Part shown: one piece after another, positions 37,773-51,764 of the stretch
How positions within the stretch are numbered: the first letter of the stretch is position 1
Layout: every line of letters begins with the position of its first letter
Source of the DNA: Haliotis cracherodii
Lineage: Eukaryota
Length of the DNA: 64,000 nt
Direction of reading: 5' to 3'
Assembly: GCF_022045235.1 (NCBI RefSeq)
Contig: NW_027266265.1
Span: forward strand, 32,426,001 to 32,490,000
Translations under genes and position numbers: made by a program
Notes under the pieces: model-generated
Told to the model about the DNA's origin: nothing
Seen by the model: the letters and a program-made list of their open reading frames with translations, nothing else
The model's database searches: none

Positions 37773-39529
37773 GGACCACACGACAATAGTGTCAAACGGC
37801 GAGTGAGTTTTGGTTTAAAGCCACGTTGAACAGTTTCTTATATCACAGCGTGTCAGCTTGATGTGGGAGGAAAGCACATTTTCATCTATGAGATAACAAA
37901 AATAATCTCCCCAAATAATGATACAGTGAAACGTTCGAATTTTCTTCTAAACTAGAACCCATTTATAGGTACAAAAAATAAATATAAAAAGAAATTATAG
38001 TGTAGATCTACGTAAAGGTTTCGATATTTTTTCAGGATTTTAATTTCATTTTCTCAATGCTTTTGAGATTTGTGTTTACTAGTATTCGGGATTCAGGGAT
38101 GAACAATGAAATTCAGATAAATAAAATATATTCAGGGGAGGAGAGGGTTTGCACCGTTATGTAGCGCTACTACTTCTTATCTGCACAGATGCCTTGGTGG
38201 GTTCGTTTACAAAATAACAAAATAAATTGCCTCCCGACAAACACTTTTTAACAATTTGGATGAAAATATAATAATTCATCTAGGGTGGTTTTGTCCTGTT
38301 TTCATACACGTATACTTCCTTGGAATTTTATTGGATGTTTAGAATCACGACACCGAGAGGCATTTTGTAGTTGGGGTAATAAGTAAAGATCGATATATGG
38401 ATGAACAAGTTCTTTTTTACAATTAGGAGCGACGTGCTCTAAAAAGTAATCAAACAAATGATATCACATGCTTGATAATGTACAGTGTTAGAACCTCTTT
38501 CTTCATAACGGTGTTAGAACCTACCCCAAACGTCGCCCCTAATTGTACCACTTAGCGAGTAACTCGATCAGTACTAAGCCTGGGATAAGAGGGAGCAGCT
38601 TAGAATTCAGCAACTCAACGTCTCTTGAGGACGATCTTTGCCGTAGATCACGTCACTGAGGATCTTCTGTTACTCAGCCGTTAGTGAAGAGATCACTCGA
38701 TTAATGACAATACACTAATATTACATATTGCGTAATGACATCACGTGAGGACTGGACTATGTTTGACATCAGCTGATCTATCGAATGGCGGCGTCGGTAG
38801 CACTGTGCAGCTGTACTCTGCAATATCTACTCTCTACTCTCGACAGGAACTACTATTATTTCACAAAACACAAGAGATACATAGACGCACCACGCATGCA
38901 TCACAACATATGAATATGTCCAGTCTTTGAGTCGTTACCATCACCTTGGCGCTTGGATCTTTTAAAGAAAACATTTTTTCTTGTGTAAGTTTACTTGAAT
39001 AAGAAATGAGTAATCCTATAACACCCCCCCCCCCCCCCCCCCCCACCCACCCACACACACCCCGTAAAAAAAGTTAACTACAGCCTTGCGCTAACATCGC
39101 TTTGCAAAACGGCACCCGCATCTCGTGGTGCTAATGAGAGTAGCGTCCTTTGGACCAAGTAGACAGGCGTCAACCGATGCAATCTCGCCAATCTTTCGAA
39201 ATTGAGTGAGTGAATTGGGTATAACAGTACTCATGGTAACAATTGTTATATTTGGGATAACACTTTCTTAGTAAATTACAGATTCTGGTACTTTTTTTGG
39301 GGGGGTTGTGTCAGTTGTCAGACTTTCATATTTTGGAAGCCTCGGTGGGTTAGATCGATGACTTTGTGGGCTGGTGATTAGGTGCCTCTCTCTGTGGCAG
39401 TGTGTGTTCGAATCCCGGATGGGACTCAACCAAAAATATATGTTCTTTACTAAGAAAGAGTTATCCCAAATACAACATTTGTTACATTTGACCACTTTCT
39501 GAATGACATTGTGTGTTCACAGTATTCCA

Positions 39530-39765
39530 TTCGCTGCTTTGAACAGTATTTCAGTAATATCACTGCGTGTCAGCTTATGTGGGAGAAAATCCTGAAGCGA
39601 TGTAAGTCTCGGATGTTGACCACTTTGGTGAAACCCACGTGAACGGGAATAGTGCTGACAAACCTAGAAAAATAATCGGGATTCGAACCAGCAATCATAG
39701 GTTTCCGGCGTGCCCAATGGACAACGAATTGCGGTGCCATAGACGACTGGGCCACCCGTGCCCCG
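39530..39765 (-). mobile_element. SINE family B copy, partly deleted
   Basis: Reverse-complement similarity to 59960-60243. Confidence 0.8.
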
Positions 39766-40144
39766 CTCCGAAATTGAATAGATAGTGTCTGGGATTCCAG
39801 TCAGTTCCATGACACGACTCAACGAGTTTGAAGCTGGATTTTCGTTGAATGAGGATGTTTCTAGCGTGGTAATGTTTGTATGTACTATATACTATAATAG
39901 ACATGATTTTAAACTGGCACATTATCGTTTCTTATAGTCTATCTCGTACAAAGCTGCGCCCTTTATTGACCCTTGAGAAAACAGTCCATAATCAAATCAC
40001 CAGCTACGGGTGTTGTATTCATACGCCACCGTTATTCCTGCGGGGCTTTTTTACATACCGATTTATTTCAAGTCAAGGACATATCAAAACGTTTCATACA
40101 CTGGTAATGACAACAGTATAGATAGGTGGCTCGTTTAGGAATCT

Positions 40145-40175
<31 letters not shown>

Positions 40176-40677
40176 CATAATCCATGATTCCAGCCCTGGC
40201 GTGTCAGGACATTGTTTCGCTGGCGTGTCTTGCAACAATTTTTCACAAATTACTTCATTGGGTACTGTGATGTGTTTGTGGTAGTGAATTCCAAAGGTAG
40301 GCTGATTGGAAATTGCTTACCTGTGTGTGAAAAGCCTATTTGAGATAACCGTTAGGTACGTTTTGAAATAACTTGTATTTAATTATTTATGATAAAATAT
40401 AAATAAAGCAACTCATGAAGTAGATGTAGCTCACCTGGATATGTAGTCAAACATAACGAAGGACACAAAACAAAAGTATGAGGATTGATATCAAAATATT
40501 TTCTGACTGATTAAGATCGGATCTTAGTTCTCACTACCGCTAATTTGTTTAGCGAAAGCGAGAACTAAGATCTGATTTTAAAGAGACTGAACTATTTTCG
40601 GAATAAATGCCTGAGGACTGAAAACTAACACTAAAATCCTAATGACTTGAAGAAAATATGACGTCTTAAGAGATGGA

Positions 40678-41026
40678 GGTGAGGTGAAGTGGGGTTTAAC
40701 ATGGCCTACAAGATTATTGCACTTACAAATACAGGATGTGCATGCATGTATGTGTGTGGCTGCTTGTGCTAGTCCCCACTTATGCTGATTTTATAGTGCT
40801 AGTTCACTGAGATACGATGCTGCAGTTAAACATGAACACCCCACTCAGACACAGTACACTGTCCAGTACTTGTTATAGGCCCTTAATGCCGAGCACCAGG
40901 CAGGGTAACAACAAGTACCATCTTTTAAATGTCTTTTGGTATGACGTGGCCGGGGATCGAACCCTGGACCATTCCGCTCTCTCCGGGTTCACACTCTACC
41001 ACCACTAGACCACGGAGGCAGTCAAC
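40678..41026 (-). mobile_element. SINE family D, full length
   Basis: A and B boxes on the minus strand; 10-bp TSD AAGAGATGGA at 40668-40677 and 41027-41036. Confidence 0.85.
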
Positions 41027-42611
41027 AAGAGATGGAAGGCAGGCACAACAAGGCGTTGTCTGCATGAGCAATGATCCACATTGCTTGGCATGATGACACA
41101 CAACCAGCAAACTCACACATGTTGAAAATACTCATGAAAATACTCTCTGAAGCATGAGAAAAAGCAACACTGAAAAATCAAAATCATTCATATAGTTTAT
41201 TCCTTAGTTTGTATCAAAACACTGAAGGTGTGTGACCATCTGATATTCTAGGGAGGGGCATGGGATTTGTTTGGCCATCCCAAATTTGTTCCAGAAAAAA
41301 AAATTATCAGCAGGTTTTACCAAATTTAAAAATAAAATCTCCGAAAAAAGTGAGCTGAGAAATTTTTAAAAATTGTTAGGCATCTTTCACAGAAAAACGA
41401 GTTTTGAAGTAGAAACAAAAACTCTCCTGTCTCTAACAGAACTTGAGCCCCGCCTCCCCCAGAATATTAGATGGTACGTCCGTAAGTCCTCATCAAGCAT
41501 GATTGTATATTTTCTAGAATATATGATCCTTTGGTAAATTGACAATAGCAATGGAACTATAAATATCCTGTGCATAGTATACATGACACACAACATAGCA
41601 TAGTTGGTATATACAGTACATCACACTGTAGTCTTGTTAAAGTTTTGGTTTAAAATACAGTGTTTGACACTCTCACTTTCCTTGTAGCAAATTTCACTGG
41701 CTAGTATAACATTGTAATGGGTAATAAAACAGTATAAATTGCTAATTCAACTTTTCAGTATGTTATGACTGTTTTTGGAGTCATGGAACAAGTGTTTTGA
41801 CATCTCAAGGATAAAATCTCACTAAAATCAGATGTGCATGAAGGTCTGCCAAAGCCTTCATATAAAGTCTAGGCAGGTGAACCCAGATACTGAACTTTGA
41901 CCACCAAGACCAAATGAAGAACCTTTTTCTTGAGTTATTTAGATGTCAGTGTTTTAAACTTTATTTCTTTACTTCAGTTTAGAAAGAAAACCACACAGAC
42001 AAAAAATATTCCTTCAGAATTCATGATGCCTGAAGTGGTCGTGTTTACGATATCAACAATAAAATAAGGCAGCCTTTAATATTTCCATTCCAAGCTGCCT
42101 GATTATGTTCATTTTTGAGACACTGCTGTCTGAATACTTGCTCACTTGTACAGAGTTTTAGCAGCCTCGATGCTGATCAGGGAGTTCACCTGACGTGACA
42201 TCCTGTTTGTCAGATCCTCATCCAGAGAGGTGTTGAATTGGAAATAAACATCTGATATTATTTAAATATGTGACAAACTGATTTGTTGAGATTGAAGTAT
42301 GAACAATGTTTTTACTTATGACATGATTTTCTTGTAAAGAAATCGCATTTTCTATTGATGTTTATTACAAATGGCTAGTCATATCACCGTAGGGTATGCA
42401 TGGTTTGTGAAATTAAAGTTAATTGACAATCATCATGGTTTGGTGATAAAGTTGGAAACAAGGTGTCTGCCCACAAAGGTGTTCGCACACACAAGGTGTC
42501 CACACACACACCTTAAACTGTATCAAACAAAACATCCTCCGGCGATGCTAACAGTTATACAAGTCACTACTGAGGTGTCAGCACACACGTCACACAATGT
42601 ACGGGTGTGTA

Positions 42612-45600
42612 TCACGTATTGTCCACAACTAACACAGTCCGTGCTGGGTAGCCCTGCAACTCAGCCACAACATAGCGGTACTCGTATCTGCCTGCTTCGT
42701 TCTGAAACAATGGACAAATTCAAGAATAAATACAAACTTACGACTGTGTTCAGACAGGGGACCCAGGGCACTGACCCATGAAAACATCAGCAATGCCAAA
42801 TGCAGTCAGGGAAGCAAGCACTGCAATTGTAATCCTGAAACTCAGTCCATCACTTTCAAAGAAACTGGTATCTTGATTCAAATCAAATCGTGATTGAGTA
42901 TGGCTTTATGCCGCTTTTAGCGATATTCCATCACTTTCAAAGTAACAGGTATCTTGATTCAAATCAAATCGTGAGTGAGTATGGTTTTATGATGCTTTTA
43001 GCAATATTTCAGCAATATCACGGAGGAGGACTCCAGAAATGGGCTACATTGTACCCATCATATCAAGTGAAATGCATGGAGTATTTAAGTTGTATCACAC
43101 ATGACTCATGGCATGTCAGCTTTGTGCTGGATGCAAGTTGAAGACGTTTACCGCCTTGATGAAATCTGGGATAATCAGGATTGTATGAGGATCATAATCA
43201 GTGTCCACCAGAACTGTATGAGGATCATTATCAGGATCAATCAGGATTGTATGAGGATCATAATCAGAGTCCATCAGAACTGTATGAGGATCAAAATCAG
43301 GATCAATCAGGATTGTATGAGGATCATAATCAGAGTCCATCAGAACTGTATGAGGATCATTATCAGGATCAATCAGGATTGTATGAGGATCATAATCAGA
43401 GTCCATCAGAACTGTATGAGGATCATAATCAGTGTCCATCAGAACTGTATGAGGATCATAATCAGTGTCCATCAGAACTGTATGAGGATCATACTCAGGA
43501 TCAATCAGGATTGTATGAGGATCATAATCAGAGTCCATCAGAACTGTATGAGGATCATAATCAGTGTCCACCAGAACTGTATGAGGATCATTATCAGGAT
43601 CAATCAGGATTGTATGAGGATCATAATCAGTGTCCATCAGAACTGTATGAGGATCATAATCAGGATCAATCAGGATTGTATGAGGATCATAATCAGTGTC
43701 CATCAGAACTGTATGAGGATCATAATCAGGGTCCAGGATTAATGAGGATCATAGGTCAATGGGCGTCAAGTATATAGTCTGAGAAATGTGAAATAATCAA
43801 AGAATGATCACATAATTAAGCCATAAATAACCATAAGCAAATGTTTACCTGCTTCATCTCCGCGGTAACGGTGGCCTTTCCATGCGGGCCTTCAACATAG
43901 AAGCGCATCCTCATGTGTTTCACGCCACCACTCTCAAACTCTTGATGGCTGCAACACAATACAACACTGTAACTACCATGATGGCTACAACACTGTAACA
44001 ACCCTGATGGCTGCAACACTGTAACTACCATGATGGCTGCAACACTGTAACAACCCTGATGGCTGCAACACAATACAACACTGTAACTACCATGATGGCT
44101 ACAACACTGTAACTACCATGATGGCTACAACACAATACAACACTGTAACTACCATGATGGCTACAACACTGTAACAACCCTGATGGCTGCAACACAATAC
44201 AACACTGTAACTACCATGATGGCTACAACACTGTAACTACCATGATGGCTACAACACAATACAACACTAACTACCATGATGGCTACAACACTGTAACAAC
44301 CCTGATGGCTGCAACACAATACAACACTGTAACTACCATGATGGCTGCAACACTGTAACTACCATGATGGCTGCAACACTGTAACTACCATGATGGCTAC
44401 AACACAATACAACACTGTAACTACCATGATGGCTGCAACACTGTAACAACCCTGATGGCTGCAACACAATACAACACTGTAACTACCATGATGGCTGCAA
44501 CACTGTAACTACCATGATGGCAGCAACACTGTAACTACCATGATGGCTGCAACACTGTAACTACCATGATGGCTGCAACACAATACAACACTGTAACTAC
44601 CATGATGGCTACAACACTGTAACAACCCTGATGGCTGCAACACAATACAACACTGTAACTACCATGATGGCTGCAACACTGTAACTACCATGATGGATAC
44701 AACACAATACAACACTGTAACTATGATGTCTACAACACAAGATAACACTGTAGCTACCATGATGGCTACAACAAAATACAACACTGTAACTACCATGGTG
44801 GCTGCAACACAAGACAACACTGTAACTGCCATGATGGCTGCAACACAATACAGCACTGTAACTACCCTGATGGCTGCAACACAAGACAACACTGTAACTA
44901 CCATGATGGCTACAACACAAGACAACACTGTAACTACCATGATGGCTACAACAAAATACAATGCTGATACTACCATGATGGCTGCAACACAATACAACAC
45001 TGTAGCTACCATGATGGCTACAACACAATACAACACTGTAGCTACCATGATGGCTACAACACAATACAACACTGTAACTACCATGATGGCTGCAACACAA
45101 TACAACACTGTAACTACCATGACGGCTGCAACAAAATACAACACTTTAACTACCATGATGGCTACAACACTGTAACTACTATGATGGCTACAACACAATA
45201 CAACACTGTAACTACCATGATGGCTGCAACACAGTACAACACTTTAACTACCACGATGGCTACAACGCCGTAACTACCATGATGGCTACAACACTGTAAC
45301 TACAATGATGGCTACAACACAATACAACACTGTAACTACCCTGATGGCTGCAACACAATACAACACTGTAACTACCCTGATTGCTACAACACAATACAAC
45401 ACTGTAACTACCATTATGGCTACAACACAATACAACACTTTAACTACCATGATGGCTACAACACAATACAACACTGTAACTACCATGATGGCTACAACAC
45501 AATACAGCACTGTAACTACCATGATGGCTACAACAAAATACAATACTGTTACTACCTTGATGGCTACAACACTGTAGCTACCATGATGGCTACAACACAA

Positions 45601-48600
45601 TACAACACTGTAACTACCTTGATGGCTACAACACTGTAACTACCATTATGGCTACAAGACAAGACAACACTGTAACTACCATGATGGCTACAACAAAATA
45701 CAACACTGTAACTACCATGGTGGCTGCAACACAATACAATACTGTAACTACCATGATGGCTACAACAAAATACAACACTGTAACTACCATGATGGCTACA
45801 ACAAAATACAACACTGTAACTACCATGATGGCTACAACACAAGACAACACTGTAACTACCATGATGGCTACAACACAAGACAACACTGTAACTACCATGA
45901 TGGCTACAACACAATACAACACTGTAACTACCTTGATGGCTACAACACTGTAACTACCATTATGGCTACAACACAAGACAACACTGTAACTACCATGATG
46001 GCTACAACAAAATACAACACTGTAACTACCATGGTGGCTGCAACACAAGACAACACTGTAACTACCATGATGGCTACAACAAAATACAACACTGTAACTA
46101 CCATGATGGCTACAACAAAATACAACACTGTAACTACCATGATGGCTACAACACAAGACAACACTGTAACTACCATGATGGCTGCAACACAAGACAACAC
46201 TCTAACTACCATGATGGCTACAACATGATACAATGCTGATACTACCTTGATGGCTACAACACTGTAACTACCATGATGGCTACAACACAATACAACACTG
46301 TAACTACCAGTATGGCTACAAAACAAGACAACACTGTAACTACCATGATGGCTGCAACACAAGACAACACTGTAACTACCTTGATGGCTACAACACTGAA
46401 ACTACAAAGTTGACTCCAGTGAAAAAAAGACATTTCTTTTTATTCTCAAATAATTTGGGTTTTTTCTTAGCAATTTGAACCTTATTAAGGGACTGGTCAT
46501 TTATCATGAGAAAATGTTACATGAAATGGGTTCTGGGGTGTGCCGTTGGGAGTGTGTGTAAAAAATATGATGCAGTCCTTAGGCCAACCCCCCACCCCCC
46601 TCCTCCCTATTATAATACTATAATAAGTGATCAGTATTACTTCAATGTAATTTTATTTCTTTAACATGGTTACTTTCAGGTAAGATTGCTGATATTGGTG
46701 CCTAAAAGTAACTTAAATTATTTTTTTACATTTTATTTGCTAAAAGCTATACCAAAAAAAGTAGAAATACTGGTAGACCTACACATAAACCTCAAAAACA
46801 AGAATAGACATAAATCTTCAAGATGACCTTCACCCAAGGGAGACAACAATCCATTATTCTGGTTGACTTCTACCATTACCTGACATGTCTTCTACGCCGG
46901 CGTCTCGTCATCTCACCATAGCCTTTCATTGGCTCACCCAGCATACTGATCAACTGAAACACAATAAATACTGTGAAAATACCCTGGTACAAAAGAGTAG
47001 AACTTGATACCTGATAATAGTAATTCAGTATTATTTTACACAGCCAGATACGAGACATATCATGGTGGGCTTAACACATTGTACCCATGCGGGGAATCGA
47101 ACCCATGCATTCGGCTTGAAGGGTTAATGCTTTAGCCATTGTGCTACCCACTGCCCTGCTTTTCATAAAAAAAACCCCACATAGCATGCATAGTGGGAAA
47201 GAAAATGAGTAAAAAGATTCCCCAAAGAAATTAGTTTTAGAAATTGTCACATTAATACAACAAGCCATCCTGGAAAGTAGTTAAAGCTATTTCACTCGCC
47301 CGAACAAATGTTCTCCAGCCTTGACTTATGGGACAGAACTAGTGTTGAATCCTTGACAAGTTTGAACACCATTAGACCAATGTAAATATCATAACAATAG
47401 TGAATACTCACTACTTGTCATAGTTCACAAGTGTTTCTCATGTTTGGATGATATTAACAGAACATAACTCTAAATCAATGAAAAGAAGTTGACATAACTT
47501 AATTATTATCAGCTAACATTCAACTGATCCACTGGCTTCGTCAGCTGCATATTTAAGTCAAAAGCTATACATTTGTAGTGTTAGATTTAACAATGTTTGA
47601 GGTAAGTACATTGACCACCTAACAGTTGTGGCCAGGATCAAACTTCCCTGGTATTGGTCTAGTTGGTGAGTATCAGAGCAGAGTATGACCACGACGAATC
47701 CTGCTGCTACACTTACTTGATCATTCTCCATACATTTCTTCAAAGCATTTCCATATATACCACTTGGACTCTGCGATGAGAACAGCTCTCGGCCAACCAC
47801 ATAGAAAATGATCCCTGGGGCAATCAAAATCATTTACAAATTTATATTTATCACAAATGTCTAGAAAACAAGATTTTACTGCCATTTTGGGGATATAACT
47901 AATCCATTAGCATGAGACAAACGAAAATCTAGAGGAACTGGTTGTTTTCTCCAAAAGCCTAGTTATACTACATACACCATCAATGATTTATCATGTTTAT
48001 GGACTAGCTAGATTTTACAAAAAATATCTACCCCCTGCATTGAGGCATGGAAACAAACAATCCTACAAAAAGCTTATTATTATATTGAACAGTCCACAAT
48101 GATTTCTTTCTCTCAGAAGGAAGAAACTCATGAACATGCATAGCAGAAGGAAAGATAAATTGTACTTATTGTTTTCTGATACATTATCACTTCAAAATGA
48201 GAACATGCAATGGGAGCGCCCAAGGAAGCAACTCTGCACAGTGAATTGTGGCTCTTCAGACAACTGAGCCACCAGTTCCCCTAAAAACAATGTTTGTAGC
48301 ATATGTTGTCAGAATAGGGCTGTAGCCATGGTAACAATATGCGATATGAATCACATAATACATGAAATGATACATGAAACTCAATGCCAGTCATTCTAAG
48401 GATTATTAACATTATTAACCCTTTTATTATAGTTCCTCTTTTAGAAACGTTTTTTCACTCAAAATATAACAAAAAAACAAGTGTTTATTTTTCGTTTTAT
48501 ATATCACTTTATGGAATGTAACCTATACAATCATGTCTCATCATATTTTTCTGTGCCTTGCATTTTGAACTGGAAATCCATGGAATAATACATGGAACGG

Positions 48601-49947
48601 GTTTAGACCATAACCTGAGTATACCTGTTATACCGACGCCAACCAGAATGACCAAACCATAGGAGATATCTTTTCCAGCTTCCTTCACTGAAAATGAGGA
48701 GATTAAGTCATCATCAAGTCAGTTATCATCACATCATGTTGCAGCATGTTTGTAATCTGTCTCAGTTNNNNNNNNNNNNNNNNNNNNNNNNNNNNNNNNN
48801 NNNNNNNNNNNNNNNNNNNNNNNNNNNNNNNNNNNNNNNNNNNNNNNNNNNNNNNNNNNNNNNNNNNNNNNNNNNNNNNNNNNNNNNNNNNNNNNNNNNN
48901 NNNNTATATGAGCACAGTCTGTAAATAATCGAGTCTGGACCAGACAATCGAGCGACTGGAGTGAGTGTGTGAGTGAGTGAGTTCAATATTGAACTGTAAA
49001 TGTGGAGCGATCCATAGTAACACCTTTGAAGCAGTGAGACTATATGTATTTCAAACAATTACTTATAATATTCATAACAAGGCTAGAAGAAGTAGTGCAT
49101 CATATTTTCACATATTTTTCACTTTCACACAAATATAAACCTAGGATTGCAGGCTTTAGATTGAAGGTAAACTATACTCTTGTCTAAGCCTTACAAGTGG
49201 AAGACATCTGACTGCTCTGGAGAGTAAGTGAGGGATTGATAAGTATGTCAATGCAGTGGCAGTTAGGACACTGTATAATTTGTCAGGTTGATGTTGAAGG
49301 GAAGCCTGAAGTGATGCAGCTCTAAGCATTTACCACACTAGCAAAACACACAACAGGTGGATGAGGATATGGATATGGTACTGACAGACCTATGATCATA
49401 AAGTCTGGGTGAGCCAGGATTTGAATAATCCATCTTTAATTTCTGTCAAGCAATTGTGAAGACTCAGCATCCCTCTAGACTGCAAGAATGTTACGTTAGG
49501 TGGCATTCCTATCTATGTAATGTGCGACCACACCAACCAGTAAATGCCAGATAGTAAAAGTGGAGCAGTACAACGCTAAGATTTAACAGCTATGCCAGAT
49601 CAAATCTTGTAGGTAATATAAAGTTTTAAGTGGGCAAGTGGGTACAACTACTGACCTTTTTCTCCGCGTGTCAACCCCGAATAAGGACCCTCTTTGGCTT
49701 TCACAATTTCTTTCTTATTTCCATTCTGTTTTTGGGTTGCATAGAACCTTTGACTTTGTAGCTTTCTTATTAAATCAAAGTCTCCATTTAAACATGTGAT
49801 TGCTAGAGGTTTTCTATTCGATGCGGTTCGCAAACTTCTGTACGTAGTCCTAGAATAAATACTGTCGCTGTGTATAAAATGAAAGACATTGTCCCTTGAT
49901 GGAACATGTTTAAGTAGCCGTGACAATTTAGTTATTGTTTGATTCAT
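42612..49947 (-). CDS. TIMM21: Mitochondrial import inner membrane translocase Tim21, 238 aa; exons 49656-49947, 48625-48687, 47717-47814, 46880-46953, 43849-43948, 42612-42701
   Basis: Six GT-AG exons in frame (717 nt). A basic presequence-like N-terminus is followed by EKVKEAGKDISYGLVILVGVGITG, ELFSSQSPSGIYGNAL, LGEPMKGYGEMTRR, HMRMRFYVEG and YEYRYVVAELQGYPARTVLVVDN, matching Tim21. AATAAA on the minus strand at 42361-42366. Confidence 0.93.
43172..43750. repeat. 33-bp minisatellite (about 17 units, two variant types) in the last TIM21 intron
   Basis: Units ATCAGGATTGTATGAGGATCATAATCAGTGTCC and ATCAGAACTGTATGAGGATCATTATCAGGATCA. Confidence 0.95.
43943..46405 (-). repeat. About 2.5-kb 36/26-bp minisatellite made of the TIM21 exon-5 splice acceptor
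   Basis: Gene-strand unit GTAGTTACAGTGTTGTATTGTGTTGYAGCCATCATG, with a 26-bp deletion variant. The terminal unit is the real junction GTTGCAG|CCATCAAGAG at 43949/43948. Confidence 0.95.
48768..48903. other. Assembly gap (136 N) in TIM21 intron 1
   Basis: Run of N. Confidence 1.
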
Positions 49948-51455
49948 TCCCTTGATTTATGCTTAAATGTCAAATTGCATTGACGGTAATCTTCCCAAAC
50001 GCGTGTTGTCGAAACGTCCCCAGATTAGAGTTATCTACCCTTGGTACGTTACTCCCAAAACTAATTGTACTAGTTAAACCGAGTACAAAAGAGTCAGAGC
50101 GTCAGATAGTTTGACTTTAATCTAAGCGTGATTTGGATTTTACGCTGATCGTAGAAGCAGTACCAATAAGGAGGACACTGTGAATATGTTAAAGATGGAT
50201 ATTCAAATGATTGAGTGAATGCTATTTACGCATTCAGCAATGTCACAGCAAAATATTGCCAGCCTGTAAATAATCGAGTCTGGGCGAGGCAAACCAGTTG
50301 TTGATATTCTGATCACCATGCCATACCGGTACGAAGACAGGTGAAATCAACCACGTCACCGTATCTGCCCATCGCATCCACGTACGAACAACAAAGGAGT
50401 TCTCGGGATCTGTTCTAACCCGGTTGTCTTGAGGAATGGATGTTCAGGTTAGGGATGGAATCAACAAAGCTACCATAGCTAACGATACGTCTATTCAGGG
50501 ATTCGATTTTAGTCTTGACCAGACTCCCAGCTCCCTCATCTTCCCGAGGCGAGGGCGATAACTGACTATAAAAGCACGTGTCATGAATATACATCTCATC
50601 ACTTGGTTGTTGTCACTCCAGCTTGATAACGGTGTAAGAATCTACATCGAAATGTCGCTATATGCAATAAACCAGAAGTTGTTATTCATGAAGTTGTACG
50701 TTTTTCTTACTTATTTGCCAACTTCGATTATGCCAATCAAACAGTTATAATAGTCCAGTTACCTGTTACCGCCCTTGCCTCGGGAAGATGAGCCAACTGG
50801 GCTATGGCAAAATCTAGGTTAGAGGTCGCTGATGCTCACACTATTTGGGTAGTGAGCCAGTAAATCGTATATAGGTCCCTGATAAACGGAACGGGCAAAG
50901 TGGTAAAATTCATACAGAATTTTTTTTTTATTACTTTGTGTCCTAGATCGTGCCAAACAAATTAACACACCAATAAGTGTTGTGTAAATGATCTGATTTA
51001 AACTTCCTAAGGCGGCATTTTATAATAAACCACTAGTGGGGTATATGGGTAGAATACACACCGGGCTCCAGCAACCTATGCCAGTCCATGGAGGCGTCGC
51101 AACGGATTTCGTTGTACGACTAATTTTTAAGTGACTTGGTTTGAGCGAGGCGTTGAAAAACAATAACAAATACGGTTGAATACCGATAGAACCAGTATGG
51201 ATAGAGCGATCAAACGGAGACAATGAGCGGATACAATCTCCTGTATATTATCATATATATATACGTATATAACAAACTCTCTGCGGCGAATTAACGCATG
51301 CAGCGAACTGATATTTTATCCCCGACAAGCCGTAATACCTCTAATTGCTGACGTGAACAGCGAACTGAGAAATCTCACTCAGTGTCATTCAGCCTAGGGT
51401 CCTGTTGTACAAAGCGATCTTAGTGCTAAGGTTGTCGTTTCTCCCATCCCTTAAC

Positions 51456-51764
51456 GACCGCTTCCGTGGTCTAGTGGTAGAGCGTCCGCGTCCGCGTCAT
51501 ACCAAAAGACGTTAAACAATGGTACTTGCTGTTACCCTGTCTGACGCTCGGGCTAAAACAAGGACTGGTCGTCTTTGAGTCAGTTTATTGTGTCTGAGCG
51601 GGGTATTCATGTTAAACTGCGGCATGGCATCTCAGTGTGCTAGCACTATAAATCGGCATCAGTCCGGACTAGTAAAGGCAGCCACACACACACGTGCATG
51701 CACGTCGCTATATAAGTGCAATAATCTTGGACGCGACGTTAAACCCCATTTCACCTCACCTCAC
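51456..51764 (+). mobile_element. SINE family D (V-SINE-like central domain, (TCACC)n tail), inserted in a hairpin MITE
   Basis: A box TGGTCTAGTGG; GTCATACCAAAAGACGTTAAACAATGGTACTTGCTGTTACCCTG resembles the V domain (from memory). 13-bp TSD CCCATCCCTTAAC at 51443-51455 and 51765-51777. Confidence 0.82.

Noticed and set aside
42846-43010. 81-bp tandem duplication spanning a SINE A tail and its flank
   Set aside because: A single local duplication with no evident functional implication.
43101-46362. Repetitive ORFs (CMRIIIRVHQN, CCSHHGSYSVVL, TTMMATTQYN)
   Set aside because: Translations of intronic minisatellites within TIM21, open in several frames at once.
7667-46405. All four minisatellites have main unit lengths divisible by three (30, 30, 33, 36)
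   Set aside because: Only four arrays, and two contain frequent off-frame variants (29 and 26 bp); too few to claim beyond the genome-wide test proposed for the acceptor arrays.
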